A DNA stretch of 38,249 nucleotides from Promethearchaeota archaeon (GTDB taxonomy: Archaea > Asgardarchaeota > Lokiarchaeia > Sigyniarchaeales > SOKP01), in assembly GCA_008080735.1 (NCBI GenBank), contig SHMW01000036.1, positions 1-38,249 of the forward strand. The letters run 5' to 3'. The notes under the pieces were generated by a model, which was given only the letters and a program-made list of their open reading frames with translations, did no database searches and was not told where the DNA came from. This document shows positions 26,845-36,034 of the stretch, one piece after another. The translations under genes were made by a program, and so were the position numbers. The stretch's first letter is position 1. Each line of letters starts with the position of its first letter.

Positions 26845-28482
26845 ATGAAATATCTGATAAAAAATGGTTTTGTAATTGATGGTACTGGTTTAGAAGGGTA
26901 TAAAGGCGATGTATTGATCGAAGAAAATGAGATCGTAAAAATGGGAACCGAGATAACCGACTCAGATGCCAAAATAATTGAAGCGGATGATCTGGTGGTT
27001 TGTCCAGGTTTCATCAATATGCATAACCATGGAGATTTAAATATTTATGAAGAAAATGAAGGACTCCCCTACATTCACCAAGGTTTAACTACGATTGTAG
27101 TAGGGATGTGCGGGATTGGGGTCGCACCTGCAAATGATAGGGTTAAAAATTACTATTATAATTTTGCCAGTAAAGCATTCTGTTCCACTCCGATGCTCTA
27201 TGATGATTATCAAACCCTTTTTAAAGATTTAGAAGAGAAAGGAGTTGGGTTGAACCTTGCTTTTTTCATTCCTCAAGGAAACATTCGAGCAATGGTAATG
27301 GGGACAGAAGAAGGCGAGCCAAACGACCAGCAGCTTGAAGAAATGAAGCGGATCGTAGAGGACAATATGAAGGCTGGGGCGTTTGGTATGTCCACAGGTT
27401 TGGTCTACCCTCCAGGTTCTGAAAGTAGCACCGAAGAACTCATCGAAATTGCGAAAATTGTGGGTAAATATAACGGAATTTATGATTCTCATATGCGAAA
27501 TGAGGGTGCGGGACTCATAGACATCGGTATGAAAGAATTAATTAGGATCGCACAGGAAGCGAATGTTAAGACACACATTTCACATTGGAGTGTAATTAGC
27601 AGCTATAACTTGGAGGAGATGACAGAAAAAGCCATTAATTGCATGAAGCAGGCCCGCTCCGAAGGATTACGTATTTCCGCAGATACCACGGTATATGAAG
27701 ATGGATTTACCAGCCTTTCGTTTGTATTATTACCAACGTGGGTATTTCAAGATTTTGAACATAACCTTTCTGACCCCTCGATTCGTAAACGCATTCAAAA
27801 GGAAGTATTCGAAAAGCTTTATTCGATGTTTGTTGCCGATGGACCGTTCTATATCAAAATAATCCCGAAATTCATCTTAAGGAAGCTCATCTTTTCCAAG
27901 ATGTCAAAGAATGTGATTGTTCTTAATGCTTTAAAAAGCCAAGATGTCGTGGGGAAAACTATTTATGAAGTATTATCGACGCGCTATCCTTCCAGAAGTT
28001 TAGAGGATGCAATATTAGATTTTATCAAGGATGAAGAGGGAGGAATCATGATACGCATTGTGACGAAGGATGAAGAGACAGGGATTATTCCGCTTTTTTC
28101 TCAGCAATATGTAGCACCTTCATCTGATGGAATTCCTATGACCGAAGGAAATACTCATCCAAGAACCTATAATGCGTTTCCCCGCGTAATTGCAAGATGG
28201 GTGAGAGAAAAATCATATCTAAGATTGGAAGAGGCAGTTAGAAAAATGACTTCCCTACCCGCCTCTATTTTAGGTCTTGATCGAAGAGGCTCACTTAAGG
28301 AGGGAAATAAAGCGGATATCGTGGTGTTTGACTATGATATCATACAAGATCGAGGGAGTTTAGAGGATGGGAAGCAATATCCCGAAGGAATTGAGTATGT
28401 GTTTGTCAATGGTGAACTAATAATAAACCACGGAGAATTCACAGGAAAATGTGCTGGAACCGTTTTGAGGCATACTTATTAA
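26845..28482 (+). CDS. N-acyl-D-amino-acid deacylase (D-aminoacylase) family amidohydrolase
   Basis: IKNGFVIDGTG, PGFINMHNH, GMCG, GMSTGLVYPP, HMRNE, HISH, SDG, HPRTY and KMTSLPA. ATG 26845 is preferred over the track start 26803. Confidence 0.9.
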   Translation: MKYLIKNGFVIDGTGLEGYKGDVLIEENEIVKMGTEITDSDAKIIEADDLVVCPGFINMHNHGDLNIYEENEGLPYIHQGLTTIVVGMCGIGVAPANDRVKNYYYNFASKAFCSTPMLYDDYQTLFKDLEEKGVGLNLAFFIPQGNIRAMVMGTEEGEPNDQQLEEMKRIVEDNMKAGAFGMSTGLVYPPGSESSTEELIEIAKIVGKYNGIYDSHMRNEGAGLIDIGMKELIRIAQEANVKTHISHWSVISSYNLEEMTEKAINCMKQARSEGLRISADTTVYEDGFTSLSFVLLPTWVFQDFEHNLSDPSIRKRIQKEVFEKLYSMFVADGPFYIKIIPKFILRKLIFSKMSKNVIVLNALKSQDVVGKTIYEVLSTRYPSRSLEDAILDFIKDEEGGIMIRIVTKDEETGIIPLFSQQYVAPSSDGIPMTEGNTHPRTYNAFPRVIARWVREKSYLRLEEAVRKMTSLPASILGLDRRGSLKEGNKADIVVFDYDIIQDRGSLEDGKQYPEGIEYVFVNGELIINHGEFTGKCAGTVLRHTY

Positions 28483-28630
28483 GTTCTTAGAAGATAAAGT
28501 ATTTAAATTATTTTTATTATTTTTTCTTATCTTAAAATTTTATATAAAATTCTTATATTAAAATTTTATATATGAAAAAAACGAAATTTTAAGTGGATAT
28601 TTACAAAAAAAAATTGGATGTTGAATAAAA

Positions 28631-30073
28631 ATGAGTGAAATGAAAGAAGCAAAAGATTCTAAGGAAATGAAATATTCTTTAGGAATTCATGCAAGCTACG
28701 GTTTAGGAGGGTTTTTGGATAATTTCATACAAGCGGCGTTTACCACAAGGTTATTTTTCTACTATTCTTCTGTTCTAAACCTAAATCTTCTTTATTTGGG
28801 TATCGCTTATGGTATTTTTGGAGTTTGGAACATGTTTAATGATGTACTGCTTGGAAATCTCTCTGATAGGAAGTATAGCTGGACTAAGAAATGGGGACGA
28901 AGATTCCCTTGGTTTACATTTGGGATCCTAACCTATGCAGTATCTTATTGGGCCCTATTTGCAGCACCTTTCCCTCCAGGTACAACCTTACAACTGGAAA
29001 AATTCCTATGGTGTTTAATAACATTACTAGTATTTGAGTTTCTTTTTTCGCTTTGGCAAATTAATTGGCTTTCGATCTTTCCAGATAAATACCGAACAAC
29101 AAGAGAGCGAAATAGGATAGGCGTATGGACAACGATTTGGGGTGTAGTAGGAATTGTGTTGGGTGTTCTATTACCTCCATTATTATTAGGAGATGATTAT
29201 AAAAATCAGCAAGGATATTTCATTATCGGAGTTATGGTGGCAGTGATAACTTTAATCGGCGCCATCGCATCGATTCCAGGAATGCGTGAAGACAGAGAAT
29301 TAATAGATAGACAATTGGAAGTCATTAAACGAAAAGAAGAGAAAGAAAGACAATCTTTTATCGAGATTTTAAAATCATGTTTTAAGGATAAGAACTTTCT
29401 TGCATACGTAATTACTTATATGGGACATCAGGTCATGACAGTCTTTCTTTTAGGAATCCTTCCATTTTGGACTAGCTCTGTTCTTATGGTTGATCCTGAT
29501 AATGAAACCATAATTGGATTATTCTTTTTGATTGCAGTGCTCGCTGGTACTCCATTCTGGAGTTTTATCGGCAAGAAATATGGAAATAAGAAAGCATTTA
29601 TGATCGGGACTTTCATGACTACTTGGTTTTTCATACCACTTTGGTTTGTAGGGATGGGAGACGCTGGTCTAATTCTAACCTCTATATGTCTTGCGTTAAT
29701 CGGTTTTGGTATTGGAGCGATTTGGGTGCTTATGTATCCTTGTTTCTCAGATGTGATGGATAATATCGTTGTCAATGCGGAAGATCGAAAAGAGGGAGCA
29801 TATACAGGAATTAGAACATTTTTCGGACGATTTTCATTTGTATTGCAAGCTCTGTTCTTCTCACTGATTCTATGGGCAACAGGATTCAATCCTTATGTTA
29901 TAGATACTGCAATCCCTCAAACTGGAACAGCTATTATCGGAATAAAAATATTGATGGCCTTGATACCACAAATTTTCTATTTCCTTGGATTTCTTTTAAT
30001 GTGGAGAGTCTATAGTTTAGATATGTCTTGTGTTGCCGAGAATAGAGAACTTCTGGAACAAAAAATTTTATAA
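28631..30073 (+). CDS. MFS transporter, GPH (MelB-like cation symporter) family
   Basis: WNMFND.L.G.LSD, WGRRFPW, DVMD...RKEGAY.G; about 12 TM segments. Confidence 0.9.
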   Translation: MSEMKEAKDSKEMKYSLGIHASYGLGGFLDNFIQAAFTTRLFFYYSSVLNLNLLYLGIAYGIFGVWNMFNDVLLGNLSDRKYSWTKKWGRRFPWFTFGILTYAVSYWALFAAPFPPGTTLQLEKFLWCLITLLVFEFLFSLWQINWLSIFPDKYRTTRERNRIGVWTTIWGVVGIVLGVLLPPLLLGDDYKNQQGYFIIGVMVAVITLIGAIASIPGMREDRELIDRQLEVIKRKEEKERQSFIEILKSCFKDKNFLAYVITYMGHQVMTVFLLGILPFWTSSVLMVDPDNETIIGLFFLIAVLAGTPFWSFIGKKYGNKKAFMIGTFMTTWFFIPLWFVGMGDAGLILTSICLALIGFGIGAIWVLMYPCFSDVMDNIVVNAEDRKEGAYTGIRTFFGRFSFVLQALFFSLILWATGFNPYVIDTAIPQTGTAIIGIKILMALIPQIFYFLGFLLMWRVYSLDMSCVAENRELLEQKIL

Positions 30074-30157
30074 ATTTAATTAAATTCTTTTTTTTCTTAT
30101 TTTAACAAATTTAATAAGAGTTTAAATAAAAAATAAAAAAAAGTAAGATTAAATGAG

Positions 30158-30535
30158 TTAAACCATCGCAATTACATCAATTTCCAATTTCATGATAGCA
30201 ACGGGAAGATTTGCGACTTCAACGGTGGTTCGGGCGGGATAACCATCTTCTACTCCATTTTCTTTAAAGAATTTTTGATATGCGCGATTCATTTTTTTGA
30301 AATCCCCCATATCGTTTAAATATACCGTCACTTTTACAATGTCGGACATTTTTGCTCCCGCTGCGTCTAAAATTGTCTTGATATTTTCAAAAGTGGTGCG
30401 CGTTTGATCTTTTATGTCATCCGAGCCTGGTTTTGGTCCCTGTCCTGAAACGAAAATCATATTTCCCACCTTCACTCCCGGGCTATAAGGACCAGCCACC
30501 GGAGTTCCTGGATTAATAATTTCTTTGTCTACCAT
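30158..30535 (-). CDS. ridA: RidA/YjgF family enamine/imine deaminase
   Basis: GPYSPG, FVSGQ, VKVTVYL, MN..Y, PARTTVEV (catalytic Arg) and EIDVIA. Confidence 0.92.
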   Translation of the reverse strand: MVDKEIINPGTPVAGPYSPGVKVGNMIFVSGQGPKPGSDDIKDQTRTTFENIKTILDAAGAKMSDIVKVTVYLNDMGDFKKMNRAYQKFFKENGVEDGYPARTTVEVANLPVAIMKLEIDVIAMV

Positions 30536-30590
30536 TTTGTATAAGACCTCGTTTTTTAGTATTATTTACTTCAAATTAATAATAAAGCAT

Positions 30591-31676
30591 TTAGTAATTT
30601 TTGCCTCGAGCCAAGATTGGCCACCTACCTATATACTCTCCACCTCTAATTACATGAATGAAATCATAAATGTTTACGGTAATGCAAATATGTGCCGGAA
30701 TCAGTTCAATTTTATCGCCAATCTGGAGCTGATCATTTGGGCCCGCCTTAAATTGACTATGTTCTTCAGTTATTACCCTGAAACGTGCCCGATGGAGTTC
30801 CTTAATTTCAGGTCTCCCATCGCCGGTCGGAAATGCTTTTAATCCCGCATCCATTGTGTAGAGCCGCTTTCCCGTACTATTTTGAATGGTGCTCAGTACT
30901 GTGACCGCGGGTTCAAATTCTGGTACCACTCTGCAGATATGCTCATCCGCGAATACGTAGGTTCCCGGTTGGATTTCTGTGATTCCGTCGATTGGTGCTG
31001 AAAACATAAAGGTACCCGATCCAGATGAGGAAAGATAATCAATCTCAAATCCAAGCGCATTTATCGCATCTCGAGTTGCTATTAATTCCCGCATAGCCTC
31101 TTCAGTCTGCTGTTTCCGTAAATCATAATCGGTTTGTGGAGTAAGATGTCCTTCGTAGCCTTGCAATCCCACAAGTCTCAAGTGCCTCTGATTTTTGAGA
31201 AATCTTGCCAATTCTACAGCAGGTTCACCTGGTTTCACACCTGTTCTGCCCATTCCTAAATCAATATCAATTAATACTTCGAGTGTAATATTGAATTTAT
31301 CTGCCGCTTTATTCAGATCTGAGACATTTTTCTTCGAATCCACCACACATCGGGTTAAGGTATACTTATTTAGTCTCATCATCCGTTCAATGTGATCCGG
31401 CACTATTACTTGATTTGCAATGAGGATATCGTCGAAGCCAGCTTGCGCATAAATTTCTGCCTCGCCAACTTTCGCTACAGCAATTCCTTTTGCTGTGTCT
31501 CCTGCTATTCTTTTCTGAATATGTGCAACTAATGGAATTTTTGGGGTCTTTACGTGTTGTCGTAAATTAACCCCCGCTTCTTTGGCAATTTTAGTCACAT
31601 ATTGCATATTTTTTTCCATAATGTCATAATCGAGCACGAGCGCAGGAGTAGGTATTTTATTTTTCCACGAATTCAC
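30591..31676 (-). CDS. Fold-type III PLP enzyme (D-threonine aldolase / DSD1 D-serine dehydratase-like)
   Basis: TPAL, RQHVKT (PLP Lys), RTGV, YEGH, EIQPGTYVF.D, DAGLK, EEH and PAHIC (metal ligands). Confidence 0.9.
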   Translation of the reverse strand: MNSWKNKIPTPALVLDYDIMEKNMQYVTKIAKEAGVNLRQHVKTPKIPLVAHIQKRIAGDTAKGIAVAKVGEAEIYAQAGFDDILIANQVIVPDHIERMMRLNKYTLTRCVVDSKKNVSDLNKAADKFNITLEVLIDIDLGMGRTGVKPGEPAVELARFLKNQRHLRLVGLQGYEGHLTPQTDYDLRKQQTEEAMRELIATRDAINALGFEIDYLSSSGSGTFMFSAPIDGITEIQPGTYVFADEHICRVVPEFEPAVTVLSTIQNSTGKRLYTMDAGLKAFPTGDGRPEIKELHRARFRVITEEHSQFKAGPNDQLQIGDKIELIPAHICITVNIYDFIHVIRGGEYIGRWPILARGKNY

Positions 31677-32049
31677 ATTCCTTACCTTTGTTTGGATAAT
31701 TTAATATTTTATTAAAATCTAGATTCATAATTAAAATTATTAATAAAATTTTTTTATAATTTTCTTTCCTCTTTTATTGGAAAATTTAATCGCCATTTCC
31801 TCTGGCTCTGTATAAACAATTTTCATTACTCGTAATAAGAAAGAATAAATATTGAATAAGAAAACATCAATGCTTAATATGTATCTAGAAAGAAGTTATT
31901 CCCTAAATCCTTAATTAGATGCGGAGGATTATGGTTAATATCTCCTTAATAGAATTATATTTGTAAAAACTCGGGTTAAAATAGTATTAAATATTTACCC
32001 CTATAGAATAGATTAAACGGATATGATAAATTAATAATACTGATTTATT

Positions 32050-33843
32050 TTGAACAATCATAGAAATAAAGTCTGGATTTTAACATTTGAATACAAAGGA
32101 ATTGCAAAAGTGGGAGGGTTGGGTGAGGTTCCCGCCAATCAAGCCGTAAATCTGAAGGATAAATATGATTTTCGCGTGTTTATTCCTTCTCATGGGCAAT
32201 TAGCGCGTATCCAGGGAGACCACGAAGTAAATAAAATACCTATTGAATGTGCTGGAGAATTACAGCTCAAGGGCAACGATGAAAGTGAGATAATAGAGGG
32301 ACTTTATGAAATCGGATTTTATCAATTTAATTTGAATGGCATCGACATTATATTACTTAAAGGAGAGAATGAATTCACATCTCGATATCTTGATGATAGA
32401 AGTGTATACAATCCCGACACCTTTGAGACGAAATTAGCTCTATATAGTATGGGAATGCGGTGTTATTTACAAATATTAATAGATAAAAATACGGATAAAC
32501 TCCCAGAAATTATTCATCTTCATGACTATCATGCAGTTATTCCCTTTATATCAATAAAGCAAGAATTATTCAAAAATGATATAGATATTCCCTCTGTTAT
32601 CACTATTCATTTGCTTACGTGGCCACGATACCCACTAGATTTTATTAGAAGTTGTGGAATTGATAATACACCAATCAAGATAAGGTGCAAAGATGGGTTG
32701 AGGTCGATGGATATCGAAGAGATTTTCGAATTATGCCAGAAGACACAATCCAAAAAGCCAGAAAAACCTCCTACATTGGAGAAAATAGGCGCTATTATTA
32801 GTGATTTAGTACTTTCTGTAAGTGAATCGTATCTTAAATCAGATATCATACCAAATCTTGGTAAGGAATTAATCGAATTCAAATCGGATTTTGTGTGGAA
32901 TGGATGTGATTGGGATTATTATGACATGAGAAGTAAAGTTTTGGATAAACTTGGAAAAGATATTATGGAATATATTGATCTTACTCACGAAAAAGAGATC
33001 ACCCGAGAGCAAATGAAAAAGTTTTTGCTTATCCATAAAATAGGAAATCTCGATCAAAGTCCCTTAATTAATTCTGAAAAAATACTTGCGACGATAAACC
33101 AAATTTCAAATGGAAACCCATTTGTGAAAAATGGGAGAATCAAAGCATTCGAAAATTCTGGACCCCTCGCATTAATGACGGGGCGATTATCAAAGCAGAA
33201 AGGATTTGGTCTCATCTTGAAATCAATTCCAGATATTATAAAAAAAATTCCGAATGCAAAATTTTTATTTCTCATCTTACCCACAGAATATAGTATTGAT
33301 GAAATTAAGGAATATGCTAAGTATGTAAAAGAGTATCCAGAGAATTTAAGAATTATTTTTGGAGTTGCTGCCGATATTTTTGATTTGGCACACCTAAGTG
33401 CTGATGTTTATTGCGCAGTATCTCGTTGGGAGCCTTTTGGGATTATAGCATTAGAAGCAATGGCTTCAAAACTCCCTATTATAGCCACGAAGGTTGGAGG
33501 ATTACAAGAGACTGTGATTGATATTCGAAATAATCCCGATAAAGGAACTGGTCTTCTTATTGATAAGGATGAGGAGAGTCAATTAATTAAGGCGATTGTA
33601 GATATGCTACAACTTTCCATCATTAACAGAGAATCAAGAGAGAAAGATCGGTCTTATCTAAATGATATCGAAATAATAACTGATGAGAGTATTAAAGAGA
33701 TTGTGAAAAATGATCCAGAAGTATATAGTAAAATAAAAAAGAATTGTTATTTAAGAGTGGAGGAAAATTTCCGGTGGGAACAGGTTGTCCAAAAATTAGG
33801 AAATTTATATGAAAAAATAAAGCGAATTTATAAAAATCAATAA
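32050..33843 (+). CDS. glgA: Glycogen/starch synthase (GT5)
   Basis: KVGGLGEV, HLHDYH, TIH, GRLSKQKG, SRWEPFG...LEAM and VGGLQETV. Confidence 0.9.
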   Translation: MNNHRNKVWILTFEYKGIAKVGGLGEVPANQAVNLKDKYDFRVFIPSHGQLARIQGDHEVNKIPIECAGELQLKGNDESEIIEGLYEIGFYQFNLNGIDIILLKGENEFTSRYLDDRSVYNPDTFETKLALYSMGMRCYLQILIDKNTDKLPEIIHLHDYHAVIPFISIKQELFKNDIDIPSVITIHLLTWPRYPLDFIRSCGIDNTPIKIRCKDGLRSMDIEEIFELCQKTQSKKPEKPPTLEKIGAIISDLVLSVSESYLKSDIIPNLGKELIEFKSDFVWNGCDWDYYDMRSKVLDKLGKDIMEYIDLTHEKEITREQMKKFLLIHKIGNLDQSPLINSEKILATINQISNGNPFVKNGRIKAFENSGPLALMTGRLSKQKGFGLILKSIPDIIKKIPNAKFLFLILPTEYSIDEIKEYAKYVKEYPENLRIIFGVAADIFDLAHLSADVYCAVSRWEPFGIIALEAMASKLPIIATKVGGLQETVIDIRNNPDKGTGLLIDKDEESQLIKAIVDMLQLSIINRESREKDRSYLNDIEIITDESIKEIVKNDPEVYSKIKKNCYLRVEENFRWEQVVQKLGNLYEKIKRIYKNQ

Positions 33844-33859
33844 AGGGGGAGATTAACTC

Positions 33860-35032
33860 TTGGTCTATTCGAAAAAGCTTACGTATCTTATTTTAGGGAT
33901 TGTTCTTGTTTTTAATATTATCGGAATGGCAATGTATTCTTATTTAGGAAGATATCTTCAGTCTCTTGGAACTACTGAAATCTTAATTCAAGTCATAGTC
34001 TCTTTATTCCCCTTATCTTCATTCATTTTTCCCCCAATTCTAGGCAGACTATCTGACAAATTTCAGAATCGTAAAGACTTTATACTTTTCGGAGCGCTAA
34101 GTATACCATTAGTTTTTATTCTTTTTATTTTCATCAAAAATCTAATGTTGATCATCTTTTTGGTTGTTTTGTATGGTTTTTGTAGTTCTCTCTTAGGATT
34201 AAGTTTTATTCTCTTTCAAGAAGTTGTTTTCAATAATCAAACTTATATTTCTTATTATAATTCGATGGTTGTGTTAGGTTGGTTTTTCGGGGCGCAATTG
34301 TGCGGAATATTTCTGGATTTTTATGGGATTGGAAATTTATTCATATTTCTTTTAATTATATCTTTTGTTTTATTGGGTTTAGTTATATTTTTAAAAGAAG
34401 AAAGAGCCCTTATATTAAATGGGTTTGATTTACATCAGCAACAATCTCAAAAAGTGCCTCTTTTCCCCAATGATATTGATATTCCAGTTAATCCAGCAAT
34501 TTATTATGGATTGTTTTTTAGGAATTTTGGAATTCGCCCAATTATGTCCATCTTAACCATAATTATGGCATTCCATTTATCCACGGATTCAGAGATCGGG
34601 TTTTTGGTCGGGATAAATCCACTTATACAATTCTTTCTGATGCTTCTAATGGGGAGAATAATATCTCGAAAAAATGAAAAAATAATTATGACCCTCGGAT
34701 ACATTTTAAGCGGTATTGTTGTTTTAGGCTACATAATCTCAGTTGATTTTTTTGCATACCTTTTCTTCCAAATTCTAGTGTCATTTAGCTACTCAATGTT
34801 TTGGTCTGCGACACATTTTTATATCGCGCAAAACACCACCCCAGAGAATAAGGGACAATATATTGGTTTAGCGAATTCAAGCTTTTACTTGGGAAGTTTT
34901 TTAGGGGGAATGTTTCTCAGCGGAATGCTAGCTATAAATCCTGATTATTATTTCGCTATGATCCCGCTAATTTCCTTTCCATTATTATCAGCCTTGATTA
35001 TTGGCATAAAATTCAAACATAAAAACAGTTAG
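33860..35032 (+). CDS. MFS transporter
   Basis: Motif A GRLSDKFQNRK; about 12 hydrophobic segments; 16 nt downstream of glgA, with GGGGGAG before its start. Confidence 0.88.
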   Translation: MVYSKKLTYLILGIVLVFNIIGMAMYSYLGRYLQSLGTTEILIQVIVSLFPLSSFIFPPILGRLSDKFQNRKDFILFGALSIPLVFILFIFIKNLMLIIFLVVLYGFCSSLLGLSFILFQEVVFNNQTYISYYNSMVVLGWFFGAQLCGIFLDFYGIGNLFIFLLIISFVLLGLVIFLKEERALILNGFDLHQQQSQKVPLFPNDIDIPVNPAIYYGLFFRNFGIRPIMSILTIIMAFHLSTDSEIGFLVGINPLIQFFLMLLMGRIISRKNEKIIMTLGYILSGIVVLGYIISVDFFAYLFFQILVSFSYSMFWSATHFYIAQNTTPENKGQYIGLANSSFYLGSFLGGMFLSGMLAINPDYYFAMIPLISFPLLSALIIGIKFKHKNS

Positions 35033-35069
35033 AAACGAAAAAAGAGAAAAAAGTAAAAAAGATTAGGGA

Positions 35070-35900
35070 TTATTTCCACTTCCATTTAGGTTTCTGCTTC
35101 ATCATTCTCGCCATAGCCCCAGCAGTCGCATCCTTTGTTTGCAGTAATTGCGAGCTGACCAATGTTTCAAGCTCTAAGCCTAAGGCAATATCTTTTCCAT
35201 AACAATCATCTATGAGTTTCTTCGCGAGACCAACAGCAAGTGGCCCACTATCAATTAATTCCTCGCTATAATCGCTAATGATCGAATCTAATTCATTTAT
35301 ATCTTTTGCAACACGATTCACGACACCTAAACGATAAGCTTCATTTCCATCAAATCTTCTTCCAGTCAAGATGATATCTTTTGCACTCTGTATTCCGCAG
35401 ATTCTAACTGTTCGAATAGTGCCCCCCACATCAGGATTCATTCCTATCTTTGTTTCAAGCATGCTGAATAGAGCGGATTCAGTACAAAATCGAAAATCAC
35501 ATGCTAAGGCTAATTCAAACGCCATTCCGAAGCAGACGCCATTAATTCGAGCGATCACAGGTTTTTCCATTTTTTCAATCTTGGTAAAAATTGGGTGAAT
35601 CCAGGTATTGGCGAAATATCGAAAATTTCTCGGCACCTTTAGGTCTGGAAGTACTCCTTCTGGAGCATTTCCGCCTCCAGTCAGAAAATTAAGATCGATA
35701 CCAGAGCTAAAGAGTTCATCTCCCCCAGTAATAATGACAACTCGAGTTTTTGTTCGCTCAATTTTATCGATAGCATCTTGAAGGCCCCTCATAATATCGT
35801 AATTCATCGCGTTTTTCTTATCCAAACGATTTAATGTAACGGTTGTTATTGTTTTATCCTCATTTTCTTCAATAATAATAGCTTCATTACTCAAAATCAT
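35070..35900 (-). CDS. Enoyl-CoA hydratase/isomerase (crotonase) family
   Basis: LNR..KKNA, FSSGIDL, KPVIARING...G.AFELALACDFR and E.KIG..PD.GG. Confidence 0.93.
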   Translation of the reverse strand: MILSNEAIIIEENEDKTITTVTLNRLDKKNAMNYDIMRGLQDAIDKIERTKTRVVIITGGDELFSSGIDLNFLTGGGNAPEGVLPDLKVPRNFRYFANTWIHPIFTKIEKMEKPVIARINGVCFGMAFELALACDFRFCTESALFSMLETKIGMNPDVGGTIRTVRICGIQSAKDIILTGRRFDGNEAYRLGVVNRVAKDINELDSIISDYSEELIDSGPLAVGLAKKLIDDCYGKDIALGLELETLVSSQLLQTKDATAGAMARMMKQKPKWKWK

Positions 35901-36034
35901 TCACATCTTTTCTTAGTTAATTTTGTTATATTAAGTATTGAATTAAACATATAATTATATTAATATTTAGAAGTTTGTAAAAACGTAAAATAATCCCTTA
36001 ATACAGAATTCGCACGAATTAAGAAAATTTAGAC

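Noticed and set aside
28536-28551. Perfect 16-bp palindrome AATTTTATATAAAATT upstream of the GPH transporter
   Set aside because: It is A/T-only low-complexity sequence overlapping a TATA-like tract, with no second informative copy.
29428-29889. 153-aa antisense ORF in the GPH transporter, and similar short antisense ORFs elsewhere in the track
   Set aside because: They are nested opposite confidently assigned genes with no independent coding evidence.
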